A stretch of 64,000 bases of DNA from an archaeon (GCA_043814055.1 JBDRKL010000007.1:1-64000), one strand, 5' to 3'. Shown: positions 29,504 through 39,272, counted from the stretch's first letter. The notes: generated by a model from the sequence alone, not told the origin. Translations and numbers: made by a program.

Positions 29504-30565
29504 ATGAAGCTGATTAAGCGCAACTTGAAAGAAGGGAAATTGGTCCTTCGGCTTGAGGTTGCGGACGACCTGTGGTACCTTGACGAAATCCTCGCGAAGG
29601 GGGATATTGTTAGTTCAAAAACCCAGCGCAGGATAGAGACCAGCAGGGATGTTAAGCGCGCGGAGCGCGCGGACAAGGAGACTGTTACGCTGGGAGTTGA
29701 GGTTGATTCTGTTGAGTTTGACGAGAACGTTGACCGCCTGCGAGTTACTGGAAAAATTGTCTCAGGACCTGAAGATATCCCTACTGGTGATTTTCACACC
29801 CTGAACCTGCACTCCGGGTTGACACTGACAATTCAAAAAGAGGAGTGGACTCCAGCGGACTTGAAAAAAGTAGAGGACGCGACGAAAGTGATAAAGAGCA
29901 AAGTTATGCTCGTCGCAGTAGAGGACGGCACCGCTGCGATTGGGTTTTTGAGGAATTACGGGGTCAGGATGGGGGGACAAGTATCGCAGGGGATTGCTGG
30001 GAAAGATGAAATTAAAGAGCGCGAGATGGAGACCAAGCAGTTCTTTGCAAAAGTTAAGGAAGCGCTTGAGCAGGAAAAGGAAGTGGACCGGATTGTGATT
30101 GCAGGCCCTGGGTTCACAAAGGACGAGCTCTTTAAGTATTTGCAGGAGACGAGGTCGCCGATTGCAAAGAAAGTCGTGGTTGACTCAGTTTCAACAGGCG
30201 GGGAAAAAGGGCTCCAGGAGATTGTGAACCGCGGGATAATTGACAAGGTCGTGAAGGAGACCAAGATTCAGAAAGAAGTCACAGCGATGAACGAGCTGAT
30301 GGCTGAAATTCACAAGGATGGGCTCGCCACTTATGGTTATGCGGAGACAAAGAGGGCGTGTGGCTTGGGGGCGATTAAGGTTCTGCTTGTTTCAAATTCA
30401 ACCCTAAAGATTGAAAAGATAAAAGGTAAAAAGGAGCTTGACGAATTAATTAGGGCAGTTGACGCAATAAAGGGCGAGATTTTACTCGTGAGCGCTGAGC
30501 ACGACCTGGGTAAACAGCTTGAAGGGCTCGGCGGGGTCGCAGCTGTGCTGAGGTATAAAATATGA
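29504..30565 (+). CDS. pelA: Ribosome rescue factor Pelota
   Basis: DDLWYL, RLRVTGKI, FHTLN, IAGPGFTK, ATYG..E, HDLGKQLEGLGGVAAVLRY. Confidence 0.96.
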   Translation: MKLIKRNLKEGKLVLRLEVADDLWYLDEILAKGDIVSSKTQRRIETSRDVKRAERADKETVTLGVEVDSVEFDENVDRLRVTGKIVSGPEDIPTGDFHTLNLHSGLTLTIQKEEWTPADLKKVEDATKVIKSKVMLVAVEDGTAAIGFLRNYGVRMGGQVSQGIAGKDEIKEREMETKQFFAKVKEALEQEKEVDRIVIAGPGFTKDELFKYLQETRSPIAKKVVVDSVSTGGEKGLQEIVNRGIIDKVVKETKIQKEVTAMNELMAEIHKDGLATYGYAETKRACGLGAIKVLLVSNSTLKIEKIKGKKELDELIRAVDAIKGEILLVSAEHDLGKQLEGLGGVAAVLRYKI

Positions 30566-31206
30566 AAAGATTTAGGGAAATGCCCGCAGAGGACAGGGAG
30601 CTTGTGCAGGAGCGGATTAAAACAAAGGGGATAGACTGGTTCCTCCGCAACAGTGATATTTTTTATTTTGCAGAAGACGATGGCGTTATCTTGTGGAACA
30701 GGCTGAATGAAAAAGCAGAGACAGCAGACCATTTTGATGGCTACACAATATTTCATTATGAGAAAGAACTGATTGTCTGCAATGGGGATTATGCCGGCAA
30801 TCCAATTTTAAAGAATCTGTTCGCTGAATATGACTCCACGCGGGAGCATGGAAGGAATATTGTTAAAGGGGAAAGAAATGCTGTCATAGTGGTGAACCAC
30901 ACCGGAGAGCTGTTGGGCGGATTGACATATATGCTCGCAATGAAATACAAGCCGGAATTTGGGAAAGAATACAAGAAAACCAAATTTCCGCAGGTGGAGA
31001 TAATTAGAATGGTGTCAAAAAACCGCAGGCAGGGAATTGGCAGGATTTCCTACAAGACTTTTGAAGAGCTCTGCAAGAAAGTAGGGGTTGCTTCAATAAC
31101 AACTTCAAAACTGCAGGGAACTGACTCCCCGGGTTTTTTCAAAAAAATGGGATTTACACTACTCAGGGAAAAAGACAATAAACCAGTATATTATAAGGAG
31201 CTATAA
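30562..31206 (+). CDS. GNAT family acetyltransferase
   Basis: RRQGIGR motif A and GFFKKMGF motif B. Confidence 0.75.
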   Translation: MKRFREMPAEDRELVQERIKTKGIDWFLRNSDIFYFAEDDGVILWNRLNEKAETADHFDGYTIFHYEKELIVCNGDYAGNPILKNLFAEYDSTREHGRNIVKGERNAVIVVNHTGELLGGLTYMLAMKYKPEFGKEYKKTKFPQVEIIRMVSKNRRQGIGRISYKTFEELCKKVGVASITTSKLQGTDSPGFFKKMGFTLLREKDNKPVYYKEL

Positions 31207-32096
31207 TGCCGCTGTCAAAAGTCCGCGAAACCGCGAAGAGAATAAAAGAGATGAAAATCCAGGGAGCAGTGAGCATCTCGCTCGCCGCAGCTCAGGCGAT
31301 GGAACACTTCATCAAGAGCTCAAAGGCAAAAACGCGCAAGGAATTTATTGCAAAATTGGAAGAAGCAGCGAGCATCCTGATTGACTCAAGGCCGAGCGCT
31401 GTCGCGCTGCCTAACGCAGTGCGCGAGTACGTTGCAAAGGTTTCCGAGATTGAGGCTGAGCCGCCGAAGCTCAAGAAGGAAGCGCTCAGGATTGGAAGGG
31501 CGCTTGTCAAGGAAATCACTGAGTCCGTTGATATTATCGGCAAGTTTGGAGCAGTAGAAGTGAAGGATGGGATGAATATTTTGATACACTGCCACTCCAG
31601 TACTGTGATGGCTGTGCTCAAGCAGGCGTGGCGCAACGGCAAAAGGTTTGAGGTTTACTGCACTGAGACCAGACCGTGGGGGCAGGGTTATGTCTCAGCT
31701 TCAGAGCTTTCAAATTATGGGATTCCAACGCGGCTGATTGTTGACTCTGCCGCGACTAGATTTATGCAGCAGGGAATTGACCTGGTTCTTGTCGGAGCGG
31801 ACACAGTGACGAAGGAGAAGAGCGTGGTGAACAAGATTGGGACTTCTCAGCTCGCGATTGTCGCGCAGAAGCTCAAGATTCCGTTCTATGTCGCGACCGA
31901 GACCTTGAAGTTTGACAGCTCCAGAACCGCAGATGAGGTTGAGATTGAGGAGAGGCCTGCGGATGAGATAATAAGAAGAGACCAGCTGCCTAATGTCAAA
32001 ATAAGGAACCCTGTTTTTGACATTACCCCGGCAGAGCGCATTCACAGGTTCATAACCGAGGATGGGGTTTTGCAGCCCGGCGAAATAGATATATAA
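31206..32096 (+). CDS. Ribose-1,5-bisphosphate isomerase (eIF-2B alpha/beta/delta family)
   Basis: MKIQGA, SRPSAVALPN, HCHSS, ETRPWGQG, VGAD, NKIGT, NPVFDITP; AMP phosphorylase is in the same window. Confidence 0.85.
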   Translation: MPLSKVRETAKRIKEMKIQGAVSISLAAAQAMEHFIKSSKAKTRKEFIAKLEEAASILIDSRPSAVALPNAVREYVAKVSEIEAEPPKLKKEALRIGRALVKEITESVDIIGKFGAVEVKDGMNILIHCHSSTVMAVLKQAWRNGKRFEVYCTETRPWGQGYVSASELSNYGIPTRLIVDSAATRFMQQGIDLVLVGADTVTKEKSVVNKIGTSQLAIVAQKLKIPFYVATETLKFDSSRTADEVEIEERPADEIIRRDQLPNVKIRNPVFDITPAERIHRFITEDGVLQPGEIDI

Positions 32097-32117
32097 TATA
32101 CTGAATTAGTTTAGGGT

Positions 32118-33113
32118 ATGGAAATAAGATATGGAATTATGATGATTGCCGCACTGCTTGGCTTGGCTGTTGTTTATAACTTGCTCGCGCCCATTGTGTT
32201 TGCTGTTCTGGTTGCGTTTCTCGCAATGCCATTTTATAGAGGGCTCAAGTGGGGGATAAAAAGCAGAACCGCTTCCGCTTTCATAATCACGGCTCTTGTT
32301 TTTGGTTTCATAATAGCGCCTTTCGTCTTTGTGATAAAATCAATTCTGCAGAACACGGCAGGCATAAGCGTAATGGCGCAGAGCGGGCTTGCAGAAATCA
32401 CAGCGCCGGCTGGCGAATATGGCGCGCATATTATTTCGCAGTTCGGCGCGCTTGCCTGGCAGAAGAGCCTTGCAATGGCATCAGGCCTTGTGCTGGCAAC
32501 TCCGCTGTTCTTCGTGCAATTCTTCATTATGATAGTGCTGGTCTTTTATTTCCTAAGGGACGGAGACAAGATAAAGGCGTACGCGGAAAAGATAGCAAAC
32601 GCGAACGGGCAGCTTCGGCTTATTAAGTCCGTTGAAACAATGTTAAAAGCCATACTCTTTGGCTACTTTGGAACCGCGATACTGCTTGGAGCGCTTGGCA
32701 TCGTTGGGTTCTGGCTGCTTGGCTATGAGTATGCAATACTGCTTGGGCTTGTCGTGTTCCTTGCCGCGCTACTCCCAGTGCTTGGGATGTGGCTGGCTTA
32801 TGTTCCGCTCACGGTTTATGAATATTTGCAAGACGACTACGTGATGATGGTGTCCGTGCTAGGTTTCGGCCTTATTTTGCAGATACTCGGGCTCTGGCTT
32901 ATGCCAAAGATTGCCGGGAAGAAGGCAAGGGTGCATCCAGGGGTGATGCTCCTGGGTTTCATAGGCGGACCAATGTTCTTTGGGCTGCCTGGTTTCATAC
33001 TTGGACCGCTCATACTTGGCATGCTCAAGGCAGTTCTTGACAGCTACGAGCCTTTGCAGGCAAATGGCAACGGGGACCGGCATAAGTTTAAGTATTCTAA
33101 TGTAGAGAAGTGA
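32118..33113 (+). CDS. AI-2E (PerM) family transporter
   Basis: FYFLRDG, LLPVLG, VHPGVMLLGFIGG..FFGLPGFILGP. Confidence 0.9.
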   Translation: MEIRYGIMMIAALLGLAVVYNLLAPIVFAVLVAFLAMPFYRGLKWGIKSRTASAFIITALVFGFIIAPFVFVIKSILQNTAGISVMAQSGLAEITAPAGEYGAHIISQFGALAWQKSLAMASGLVLATPLFFVQFFIMIVLVFYFLRDGDKIKAYAEKIANANGQLRLIKSVETMLKAILFGYFGTAILLGALGIVGFWLLGYEYAILLGLVVFLAALLPVLGMWLAYVPLTVYEYLQDDYVMMVSVLGFGLILQILGLWLMPKIAGKKARVHPGVMLLGFIGGPMFFGLPGFILGPLILGMLKAVLDSYEPLQANGNGDRHKFKYSNVEK

Positions 33114-33130
33114 ATTAGGAGTAATGCTTA

Positions 33131-33886
33131 ATGACCCTAACACTAATCTCACTCGGGCTTTGGAACGAAAAATCAATGACACTTGAAGCGCTGAAAGAAG
33201 CGAAGAAGTGTTCAAAACTTTATTCAGAACAGTATACGTCGCGCTTGTTTGGTTGTAGTGCAACAAAACTTGAGCAGAAGATTGGGAAGAAGATTGAGAT
33301 TCTGCCGCGGGAGAGAGTTGAGGATTCAAAATGGCTGATTGCTGAGGCGAAGAAAAAGAAAATCGGGCTTTTGATTGTTGGCGACGCAATGGCTGCGACA
33401 ACGCACGCGGACTTTTTGATTGAGGCGAAGAAGGCGAAAGTCTCTGTGCGGGTAATACCAGGGACTTCAATTTACACAGTTGCTTCAGGCTTGGCTGGAT
33501 TGCAGATTTATAAGTTTGGAAGGGCAACTACGCTGACTTTCCCGGATGAGAAATTCCCAGTGCGGAGCCATTATGATGTTATAAAATATAATAAGGGCGT
33601 TGGATTGCACACTTTGGTTCTGCTTGATATTCAGAATACAAAATACATGACTGCGAATGAGGGGATGAAAGTTCTGCTTGAGCTGGAGAAGAAAAACAAG
33701 GAGGGAGTTTTCAAGCCGGACACAAAGATTGTTGTGGTTGCGCGGGCCGGTTCTGCTAAGCCGAAAGTTAAATATGGACCTGTGAGCAAATTAGTTAAAA
33801 TGGACTTTGGCGGGCCGCTGCACACGATTATAGTTCCGGGGAAACTGCATTTTAGGGAGGAGGAGGCGTTGGAATTATGGGAATGA
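33131..33886 (+). CDS. dph5: Diphthine synthase
   Basis: LISLGL, EQYTS, VGDAMAATTH, GLQIYKFG, GLHTLVLLDI, DFGGPLH.IIVPG.LHF.E.EAL. Confidence 0.96.
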   Translation: MTLTLISLGLWNEKSMTLEALKEAKKCSKLYSEQYTSRLFGCSATKLEQKIGKKIEILPRERVEDSKWLIAEAKKKKIGLLIVGDAMAATTHADFLIEAKKAKVSVRVIPGTSIYTVASGLAGLQIYKFGRATTLTFPDEKFPVRSHYDVIKYNKGVGLHTLVLLDIQNTKYMTANEGMKVLLELEKKNKEGVFKPDTKIVVVARAGSAKPKVKYGPVSKLVKMDFGGPLHTIIVPGKLHFREEEALELWE

Positions 33887-34097
33887 TTACAAAACAGGGC
33901 TTCGGCGAAGCCGAACGCCCTCGCTTTACCTCCGCAAGCAGGCGGAGTGAGGAGGCGTTAGCACTATGGAAATAATTACAAAAAGGGGCTTCGCGAGCAA
34001 AGCGAGCGAATGCCCCCTGCTCTACCTCCGGGAGCAGCCGGAGCCGGGGAAGTTGCATTTTAGGGAGGCGGAGGCGTTGGAGTTGTTCAAGGCATAA
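33836..34097 (+). repeat. Tandem array of dph5 3'-end copies separated by two homologous hairpin elements
   Basis: Gene end PGKLHFREEEALELWE* (33836-33886); element 33887-33948; copy EEALALWK* (33949-33975); element 33976-34043; copy PGKLHFREAEALELFKA* (34044-34097). Confidence 0.9.
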
Positions 34098-34167
34098 ATT
34101 TTGCATAATTAAAAAAAAGGTAACTTTATAAACCATAAAAGTGTAGTAAATTTGAGGTAATGACAGA

Positions 34168-35067
34168 ATGAACCAAACACTTTTGATTGCAGCACTAGGA
34201 CTATTAATTATCGCCGGACTTTTGAGCGGAACAGATTATAATATGGATAATTCCGACACAGACACTAGCATAACTGGACAAGTAACTGCTAGTACAACAG
34301 AGACCACAGCGTATACTTGCTGCTATTACAAAAGTGGAAGCAAATACTATTATGCCATTGTAGGAAACCCGACAAAATCCAACGGGTGCAATGACAAATA
34401 CAAATATGCTAGCGGCAATGGTTTCAACTATTGCGGCAAGAATCTTGGAACATCCGTATGCACTTCTTCACAATCAGCCACCAGCAAGAACTGTTGTACT
34501 GCCTGGTGCACTAAGAAAGGCATGACCATATCCTCAAATTCTGGAGCTTCCTGTACTTGCAAAAAAACAGTTGTAACAGTGCCTAAGCAATATGGTTCCG
34601 GTGAAGGAACTCCTGCTAAATGTACTATGTGTTATGTAAATATGAATACTGGTAATGAGGAGAAGAACGGCCATTGCGGTACTACTTGTCCTGCGGAACG
34701 AACAATCTGGGATGGCCAAATTTGGCTGCGTGGCCTAAGCGGTAAATATGATATAGTTAAAATTCCAAGACCCGCGGTTAAGATGACAGTATGTGGTGTT
34801 ATTGGTGGAGAGAACTGGGCTTGTGTTGACAAAGCTAAAGTAAGATTTTACTACAAAGAGAAGGGGGGAGATGAGTGGATTAAAATAGCTGACAAGTGGA
34901 TTACTGGAAGACATAATAAAGGTTGTGTAGATGTGTCGTTAGACTATGTAAATATTGATGCAGTAAGAGGTAAAATAGTTGGCACTGCAAAGAAGGATAT
35001 GTGGGATACTGGGGACTCTTGTAGCTATCTAGATGAACTATACATCAAGAGTATTTATGTAGATTAA
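34168..35067 (+). CDS. Secreted Cys-rich protein (defensin-like module plus GGE-C module)
   Basis: N-terminal hydrophobic signal, ITGQV, YTCC...NCCTAWCTKKG...SCTC, CGVIGGENWAC...CSYLDEL. Confidence 0.85.
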   Translation: MNQTLLIAALGLLIIAGLLSGTDYNMDNSDTDTSITGQVTASTTETTAYTCCYYKSGSKYYYAIVGNPTKSNGCNDKYKYASGNGFNYCGKNLGTSVCTSSQSATSKNCCTAWCTKKGMTISSNSGASCTCKKTVVTVPKQYGSGEGTPAKCTMCYVNMNTGNEEKNGHCGTTCPAERTIWDGQIWLRGLSGKYDIVKIPRPAVKMTVCGVIGGENWACVDKAKVRFYYKEKGGDEWIKIADKWITGRHNKGCVDVSLDYVNIDAVRGKIVGTAKKDMWDTGDSCSYLDELYIKSIYVD

Positions 35068-35231
35068 GTATAGTAGCATCAAAGATGAAACTGATGTTCT
35101 TTAACTATGGAACTAACTGAAGATTATGTCCTTGGGCTCTTGAAAAAAAACGAGACAGTCTGTGAAGAGAACATATTGACACTATTTGAATCATAAACTA
35201 TTTATATAGGTTCATATACATTTTATATAAA

Positions 35232-35813
35232 ATGTTAAAGAAATTATTTACATCAGGTAGTAGGGTGGAGATACTAAAAGAACTCCTGTTCAATCCGCAA
35301 GGAGATTTCTACCTTAGTGACCTTGCTAGAACCACAGGAACTGCTCCAATACAGACCAGCAAGGAGCTTGAAAATCTTGAGTCATTAAATCTGGTTGAAA
35401 GGAAGAAAGTTGGAAAGCTCACTTTTTATAGCATTAACAAAAATGCTCCGATATATGAAGATATCAAAAACATTTTTTTGAAAACGGACAGTTTGGGCAA
35501 TTTTTTGAGAACACGGTTGAAGAATTATGAAATAACTCATGCTTTGATTTTTGGAAGCTTTGCAGCAGGCGAAGAAAGAAAAGACAGTGACGTGGATTTG
35601 CTCATAGTGGGAGATATAAACGAGAATGCTTTAGTCAAGACAGTGAGAGAATGCGAGAAGAGCTTGAAGAGAGAAATAAATTATATACTCTGGAATAGAA
35701 AAGAGTTTGAGAAAAGAGCCAGAGAAGGTCATCATCTTTTGAGGGATATAAAGGAAAAGTCAATGATAATGCTGGCAGGAGACGAGAATGAATTTAGAGA
35801 AGCTATTAAGTGA
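35232..35813 (+). CDS. wHTH-fused minimal nucleotidyltransferase (MNT antitoxin)
   Basis: N-terminal winged helix (LFTSGSRVEIL...ELENLE..NLV); FGSFA.G...DSDVDLLIVG. Confidence 0.9.
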   Translation: MLKKLFTSGSRVEILKELLFNPQGDFYLSDLARTTGTAPIQTSKELENLESLNLVERKKVGKLTFYSINKNAPIYEDIKNIFLKTDSLGNFLRTRLKNYEITHALIFGSFAAGEERKDSDVDLLIVGDINENALVKTVRECEKSLKREINYILWNRKEFEKRAREGHHLLRDIKEKSMIMLAGDENEFREAIK

Positions 35814-36228
35814 TAATTATATAGAAGAAATAGGAGTTGACAAAGAACTCACAAAGCGGGCTTTGAAAATAGCCGAGCGGGACTTGGAAGCTGCAAAGGA
35901 GAATTGGGAGGGGGGGCAGTACGACTGGACACTAGCAATAGCATATAATTCCATGCTACAGGCAGGACGTTCTCTTATGTTTTCAAAGGGCTACAGACCA
36001 GCAGGAGCATACAGACACGTTTCTGTTTCTTTGTTTGTGGACACACTTGAGGAACTTCATGAGTTCAGCACTCATTTTGATCGGCTGAGGAAAAAACGCC
36101 ATAAAGCAGTTTATGAACAGGCAGAAATTGTGTCAGAAGAAGAAGCACAGCAAGCGATTAACTGGACAACAAAATTTATTTCAAAAATAAAGGAGATTAT
36201 TGGTGGTGATTTAAATGGAACTAACTGA
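35788..36228 (+). CDS. HEPN domain protein (putative toxin)
   Basis: AERDLEAA, AYNSMLQAGRSL, H, RKKRHKAVYE; overlaps the MNT gene. Confidence 0.9.
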   Translation: MNLEKLLSDNYIEEIGVDKELTKRALKIAERDLEAAKENWEGGQYDWTLAIAYNSMLQAGRSLMFSKGYRPAGAYRHVSVSLFVDTLEELHEFSTHFDRLRKKRHKAVYEQAEIVSEEEAQQAINWTTKFISKIKEIIGGDLNGTN

Positions 36229-36475
36229 AGATTATGTCCTTGGGCTCTTGAAAAAAACCGAGACAGCCCTGGTGAGCGTTGAGATTGTTGAAGAAGGCGG
36301 GCAGAGGGTCTTGGATATGGCCACGCGCTACCTTGAGGATGCAATTCACTTCTTTGAAAAGGGCGACCTGGAGAAGGCGATGGCAGCGGAGGAATACTCA
36401 CATGGGCTTTTGGATGGCGGAGTTGGGACTGGAGCACTAAGAGTAATTCAAAACGAGGACTTGTTTGTATTCTAA
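36215..36475 (+). CDS. DUF357 family protein
   Basis: DMATRYLEDAIHFFEKGD...A..YSHGLLDGG; commonly a dph5 neighbour in archaea. Confidence 0.85.
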   Translation: MELTEDYVLGLLKKTETALVSVEIVEEGGQRVLDMATRYLEDAIHFFEKGDLEKAMAAEEYSHGLLDGGVGTGALRVIQNEDLFVF

Positions 36476-36545
36476 AGCCGAGCTGATGCGAGGCAGTTTT
36501 TCGTCAACGTTTTTGGACAAATTGCAAAGAAAAAGGTTGCTGCCA

Positions 36546-36632
36546 GAGGAATACTCACATGGGTTGATTGATGGAGCTGTAGGAACTGGAGCTTTGAAAG
36601 TAATTCAGAACGAAGATTTGTTTGTATTCTAA
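36546..36632 (+). pseudogene. Diverged duplicate of the last 28 codons of the DUF357 gene
   Basis: EEYSHGLIDGAVGTGALKVIQNEDLFVF* versus EEYSHGLLDGGVGTGALRVIQNEDLFVF* (36389-36475); mostly synonymous differences. Confidence 0.9.
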
Positions 36633-36670
36633 TAATTATATTTATATAGAGAGAGCACTACTTCTAGAGT

Positions 36671-37819
36671 ATGAAAACAAAGCTCTTCCTGGGCACAGTA
36701 CTAATTTCTCTACTTACTCTTGTTAACGCGGCTTTTGCAGCCTGGATTTTAGACCCAAGCAATCCTATGAATTCGATCTCAAGCAAGGCAATGGGTTACA
36801 TATGGTTTATTTGGATAATGGTTCTTTGTTACTGGCTAGTTGACAGGCACTTCTCAAAGAAGATGGAAGAAGCAGGAATAGACGCTAAGTTTGGCGGACC
36901 AAACCTTCGCGCAGGAATTTTCGCAATAGTACTTATCATGATGATGATATCAGAATATGTTGACCTTCCAATTGGTCTGATAACCATGGGGATGAGCTTC
37001 ATAGTTCTATGGGGCGTTACTGTGTTAATAATAAACATTTATATTTACATTGAAAAATACAAGAAGAGCCCGGAAGTTGCTGAGGATGAGTTCCTGGAAG
37101 ACACCAAGCACAGGGCCGGCAAGAAAGAGAGACGTGCAATGAACGCGGCAAGGGGAATGGAGCAGGAAGAGAAAGCAACCATTGTCAAGATATTTGACCT
37201 TCTCAAGAAAGGTGAAATTCTGGCATACCTTAGAGGTGCGCTTGAACAATCCAAAAGGAGCCACGTTGACATAGTCAAAGAACTCAAAGAGGTTTACACT
37301 GAAAGCTCAACGGCTGGTGCAAACCAGAAGACAATAAAGGATTTGGAGACCGGCGAGATAGCATTTAAGCGCGCGGAGAAGAGGCTGAACAAAATGAAAG
37401 ACACAGCGCTCAGCAGTGAATTCACGCTTTTACACCAGTCTGCGCGGAAAATTTCCAAGAAGATATCAGACATAACCGCCAGGAGGATGGAAATCGGGGA
37501 AAATGAAGAAAAGGTAATACTGGAACTTGCCACAATTGTCAGGTATGGAGAGAAACACACAAAGAATATTATGGCTGATATGGAGGACAAGAAAAGTGAG
37601 GGTTACAAGTCACACGCAAAACAGCTGGAAGGGCTCAAAGAGCTTCATCACTTGCTGATAAAATTGGCAAAAGAGCTTGAGGTTGAAATGATGTGGGACG
37701 CTAAGGTGGAGAATTATACTTCAACCCGCAGGGAGAGGCGAACCAGTGAAAAGGCAGGGGAAGAGGGAAGCAAACCATCTGATACCAACGAAGACGAAGA
37801 AATAAAAGATTGGGATTAA
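36671..37819 (+). CDS. Membrane protein with long cytoplasmic coiled-coil
   Basis: Signal plus about 3 TM helices, then a charged helical region. Confidence 0.75.
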   Translation: MKTKLFLGTVLISLLTLVNAAFAAWILDPSNPMNSISSKAMGYIWFIWIMVLCYWLVDRHFSKKMEEAGIDAKFGGPNLRAGIFAIVLIMMMISEYVDLPIGLITMGMSFIVLWGVTVLIINIYIYIEKYKKSPEVAEDEFLEDTKHRAGKKERRAMNAARGMEQEEKATIVKIFDLLKKGEILAYLRGALEQSKRSHVDIVKELKEVYTESSTAGANQKTIKDLETGEIAFKRAEKRLNKMKDTALSSEFTLLHQSARKISKKISDITARRMEIGENEEKVILELATIVRYGEKHTKNIMADMEDKKSEGYKSHAKQLEGLKELHHLLIKLAKELEVEMMWDAKVENYTSTRRERRTSEKAGEEGSKPSDTNEDEEIKDWD

Positions 37820-37865
37820 AACTGAGGCTCCCATCCGGAAGCCCTGGGTAAGGAGGACTAAAAAA

Positions 37866-38597
37866 ATGGCAGACGAAGAACTTAACAAACAATATCAGCC
37901 ATACAGTGAAGCGGCGCAGAACGGCGAGTTCCACGAACTTAGCGAAAAGCATGTTAATAATCTTGAAACGGCTTACAAGAAAATAGAGGAATTCATCGCA
38001 GAGGAAAAAGAGTTTATGGGTCAGGTACACGAGGCGATTGCAAAGCCAGTCGCATTTCATCACCACGATTTTGTATCAGTTATCGGAAACGCAGAAAAGC
38101 ACCTTGCGCAGGTAGAGAAATTCACTAAAATACTTGAGAAGGACACTGGGAAAACTCCAAATGCAGAAGAGGCTGTGAAGGCGTATGAGGAAATTGAAAA
38201 AAACCTCGCAGAAATTGACGGAGATATCCGAAAGTCTATGATGACTATGGTGCTAATCACGAGAGTCTATGCAGGTTATTATAGAGTCAGAGTTGCGTTG
38301 GACAAGTATCTTGACTATCTTGGCGCAGGGCTGAGAGACCAGGACATTGACCAGAAGGATAAGGACAAAATCCTGGAACTGATAAAAACGCACAAAGAGA
38401 ACCTTGCGAAAGTAGACCATATCATAAAGACACTTGTGTTTCTCTCAAGAGTGTATGCACCAACAGGAGTACTATATACACTAGCGGATGAGATGACTGA
38501 GGTGTGTAAGGCAGAGGGTGTAGAGATAGAGAGCAAACGCATATCTCGCCACGGAATGGGCACCGAGTTCAAGGGCGCTGGAGAGGGCGCGGAATAA
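37866..38597 (+). CDS. Hypothetical helical protein
   Basis: AGGAGG RBS upstream; long charged helices. Confidence 0.7.
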   Translation: MADEELNKQYQPYSEAAQNGEFHELSEKHVNNLETAYKKIEEFIAEEKEFMGQVHEAIAKPVAFHHHDFVSVIGNAEKHLAQVEKFTKILEKDTGKTPNAEEAVKAYEEIEKNLAEIDGDIRKSMMTMVLITRVYAGYYRVRVALDKYLDYLGAGLRDQDIDQKDKDKILELIKTHKENLAKVDHIIKTLVFLSRVYAPTGVLYTLADEMTEVCKAEGVEIESKRISRHGMGTEFKGAGEGAE

Positions 38598-38633
38598 GAA
38601 AGCCTTAAATAAGTGGAGGTTCATTAAAAAACC

Positions 38634-39272
38634 ATGAAAAAGATATTACTTGCGTGTACGGCAAGCGCATCGTTTTTGTTTATTCTGAGTGCTGTATTTG
38701 CAGCATTTGACATCGCAACCATAAATGACATGTCGTTCCAGATTGGAATGTTCATGGGCGTTATGATGGGTCTTCCAAGCGTAATGGCAGCGGGAAACCA
38801 TTTCAGCGGCGTAAAAGCTGATGATACAAAATTGATTGATCCAAAGGTTTGGAAATATATGATAATTGGTATAATGGTATTTACAGTCATAGGCGGATTC
38901 ATTGCAGAAGATGCAGATGTGATGGGACAGTGGATGTGGGGACTAGTCGCGGGATTAATCATTACAATGATTTTAGGCAGTGTAGTCTTCCACTTTGTGC
39001 ATCAGGCTAAATCGAGCAGCGAGGGTTCTGGGGAAGCGAGGAAACAACTGAGCAAGGTAAAAACCGCTGAAGAACTAAAGAAGAAATATAGAAAAGAGGG
39101 ATATGAAATAAAAGAAAAAACACCGGCGAGCAAGGACCGGGACTTCTATGAGAGGGTTTTTAAGGAAGGGCTTCAGCGTCCTATAGGATTACAAGGCGGC
39201 CAACAACAGCCTTTTAACGTGCAGCAGACCATGCCTGCAAGTGCAGAGCTAGCAGAGGAGCAGGGGGCATAA
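38634..39272 (+). CDS. Membrane protein with charged C-terminal tail
   Basis: About 4 hydrophobic helices; GGAGGT upstream. Confidence 0.7.
   Translation: MKKILLACTASASFLFILSAVFAAFDIATINDMSFQIGMFMGVMMGLPSVMAAGNHFSGVKADDTKLIDPKVWKYMIIGIMVFTVIGGFIAEDADVMGQWMWGLVAGLIITMILGSVVFHFVHQAKSSSEGSGEARKQLSKVKTAEELKKKYRKEGYEIKEKTPASKDRDFYERVFKEGLQRPIGLQGGQQQPFNVQQTMPASAELAEEQGA

Larger units (their letters stand above)
35107..36266 (+). repeat. 52-bp direct repeat of the DUF357 gene 5' end flanking the MNT-HEPN cassette
   Basis: ATGGAACTAACTGAAGATTATGTCCTTGGGCTCTTGAAAAAAA[A/C]CGAGACAG at 35107-35158 and 36215-36266, one mismatch. Confidence 0.92.

Noticed and set aside
33887-34043. CRISPR array
   Set aside because: Only two non-identical units, the 'spacers' are copies of the dph5 end, and there are no cas genes.
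33852-34136. 94-aa minus-strand ORF
   Set aside because: Antisense reading of the repeat stack; no protein-like features.
36389-36632. DGR template/variable repeat pair
   Set aside because: Differences are not adenine-specific and are mostly synonymous; no reverse transcriptase in the window.
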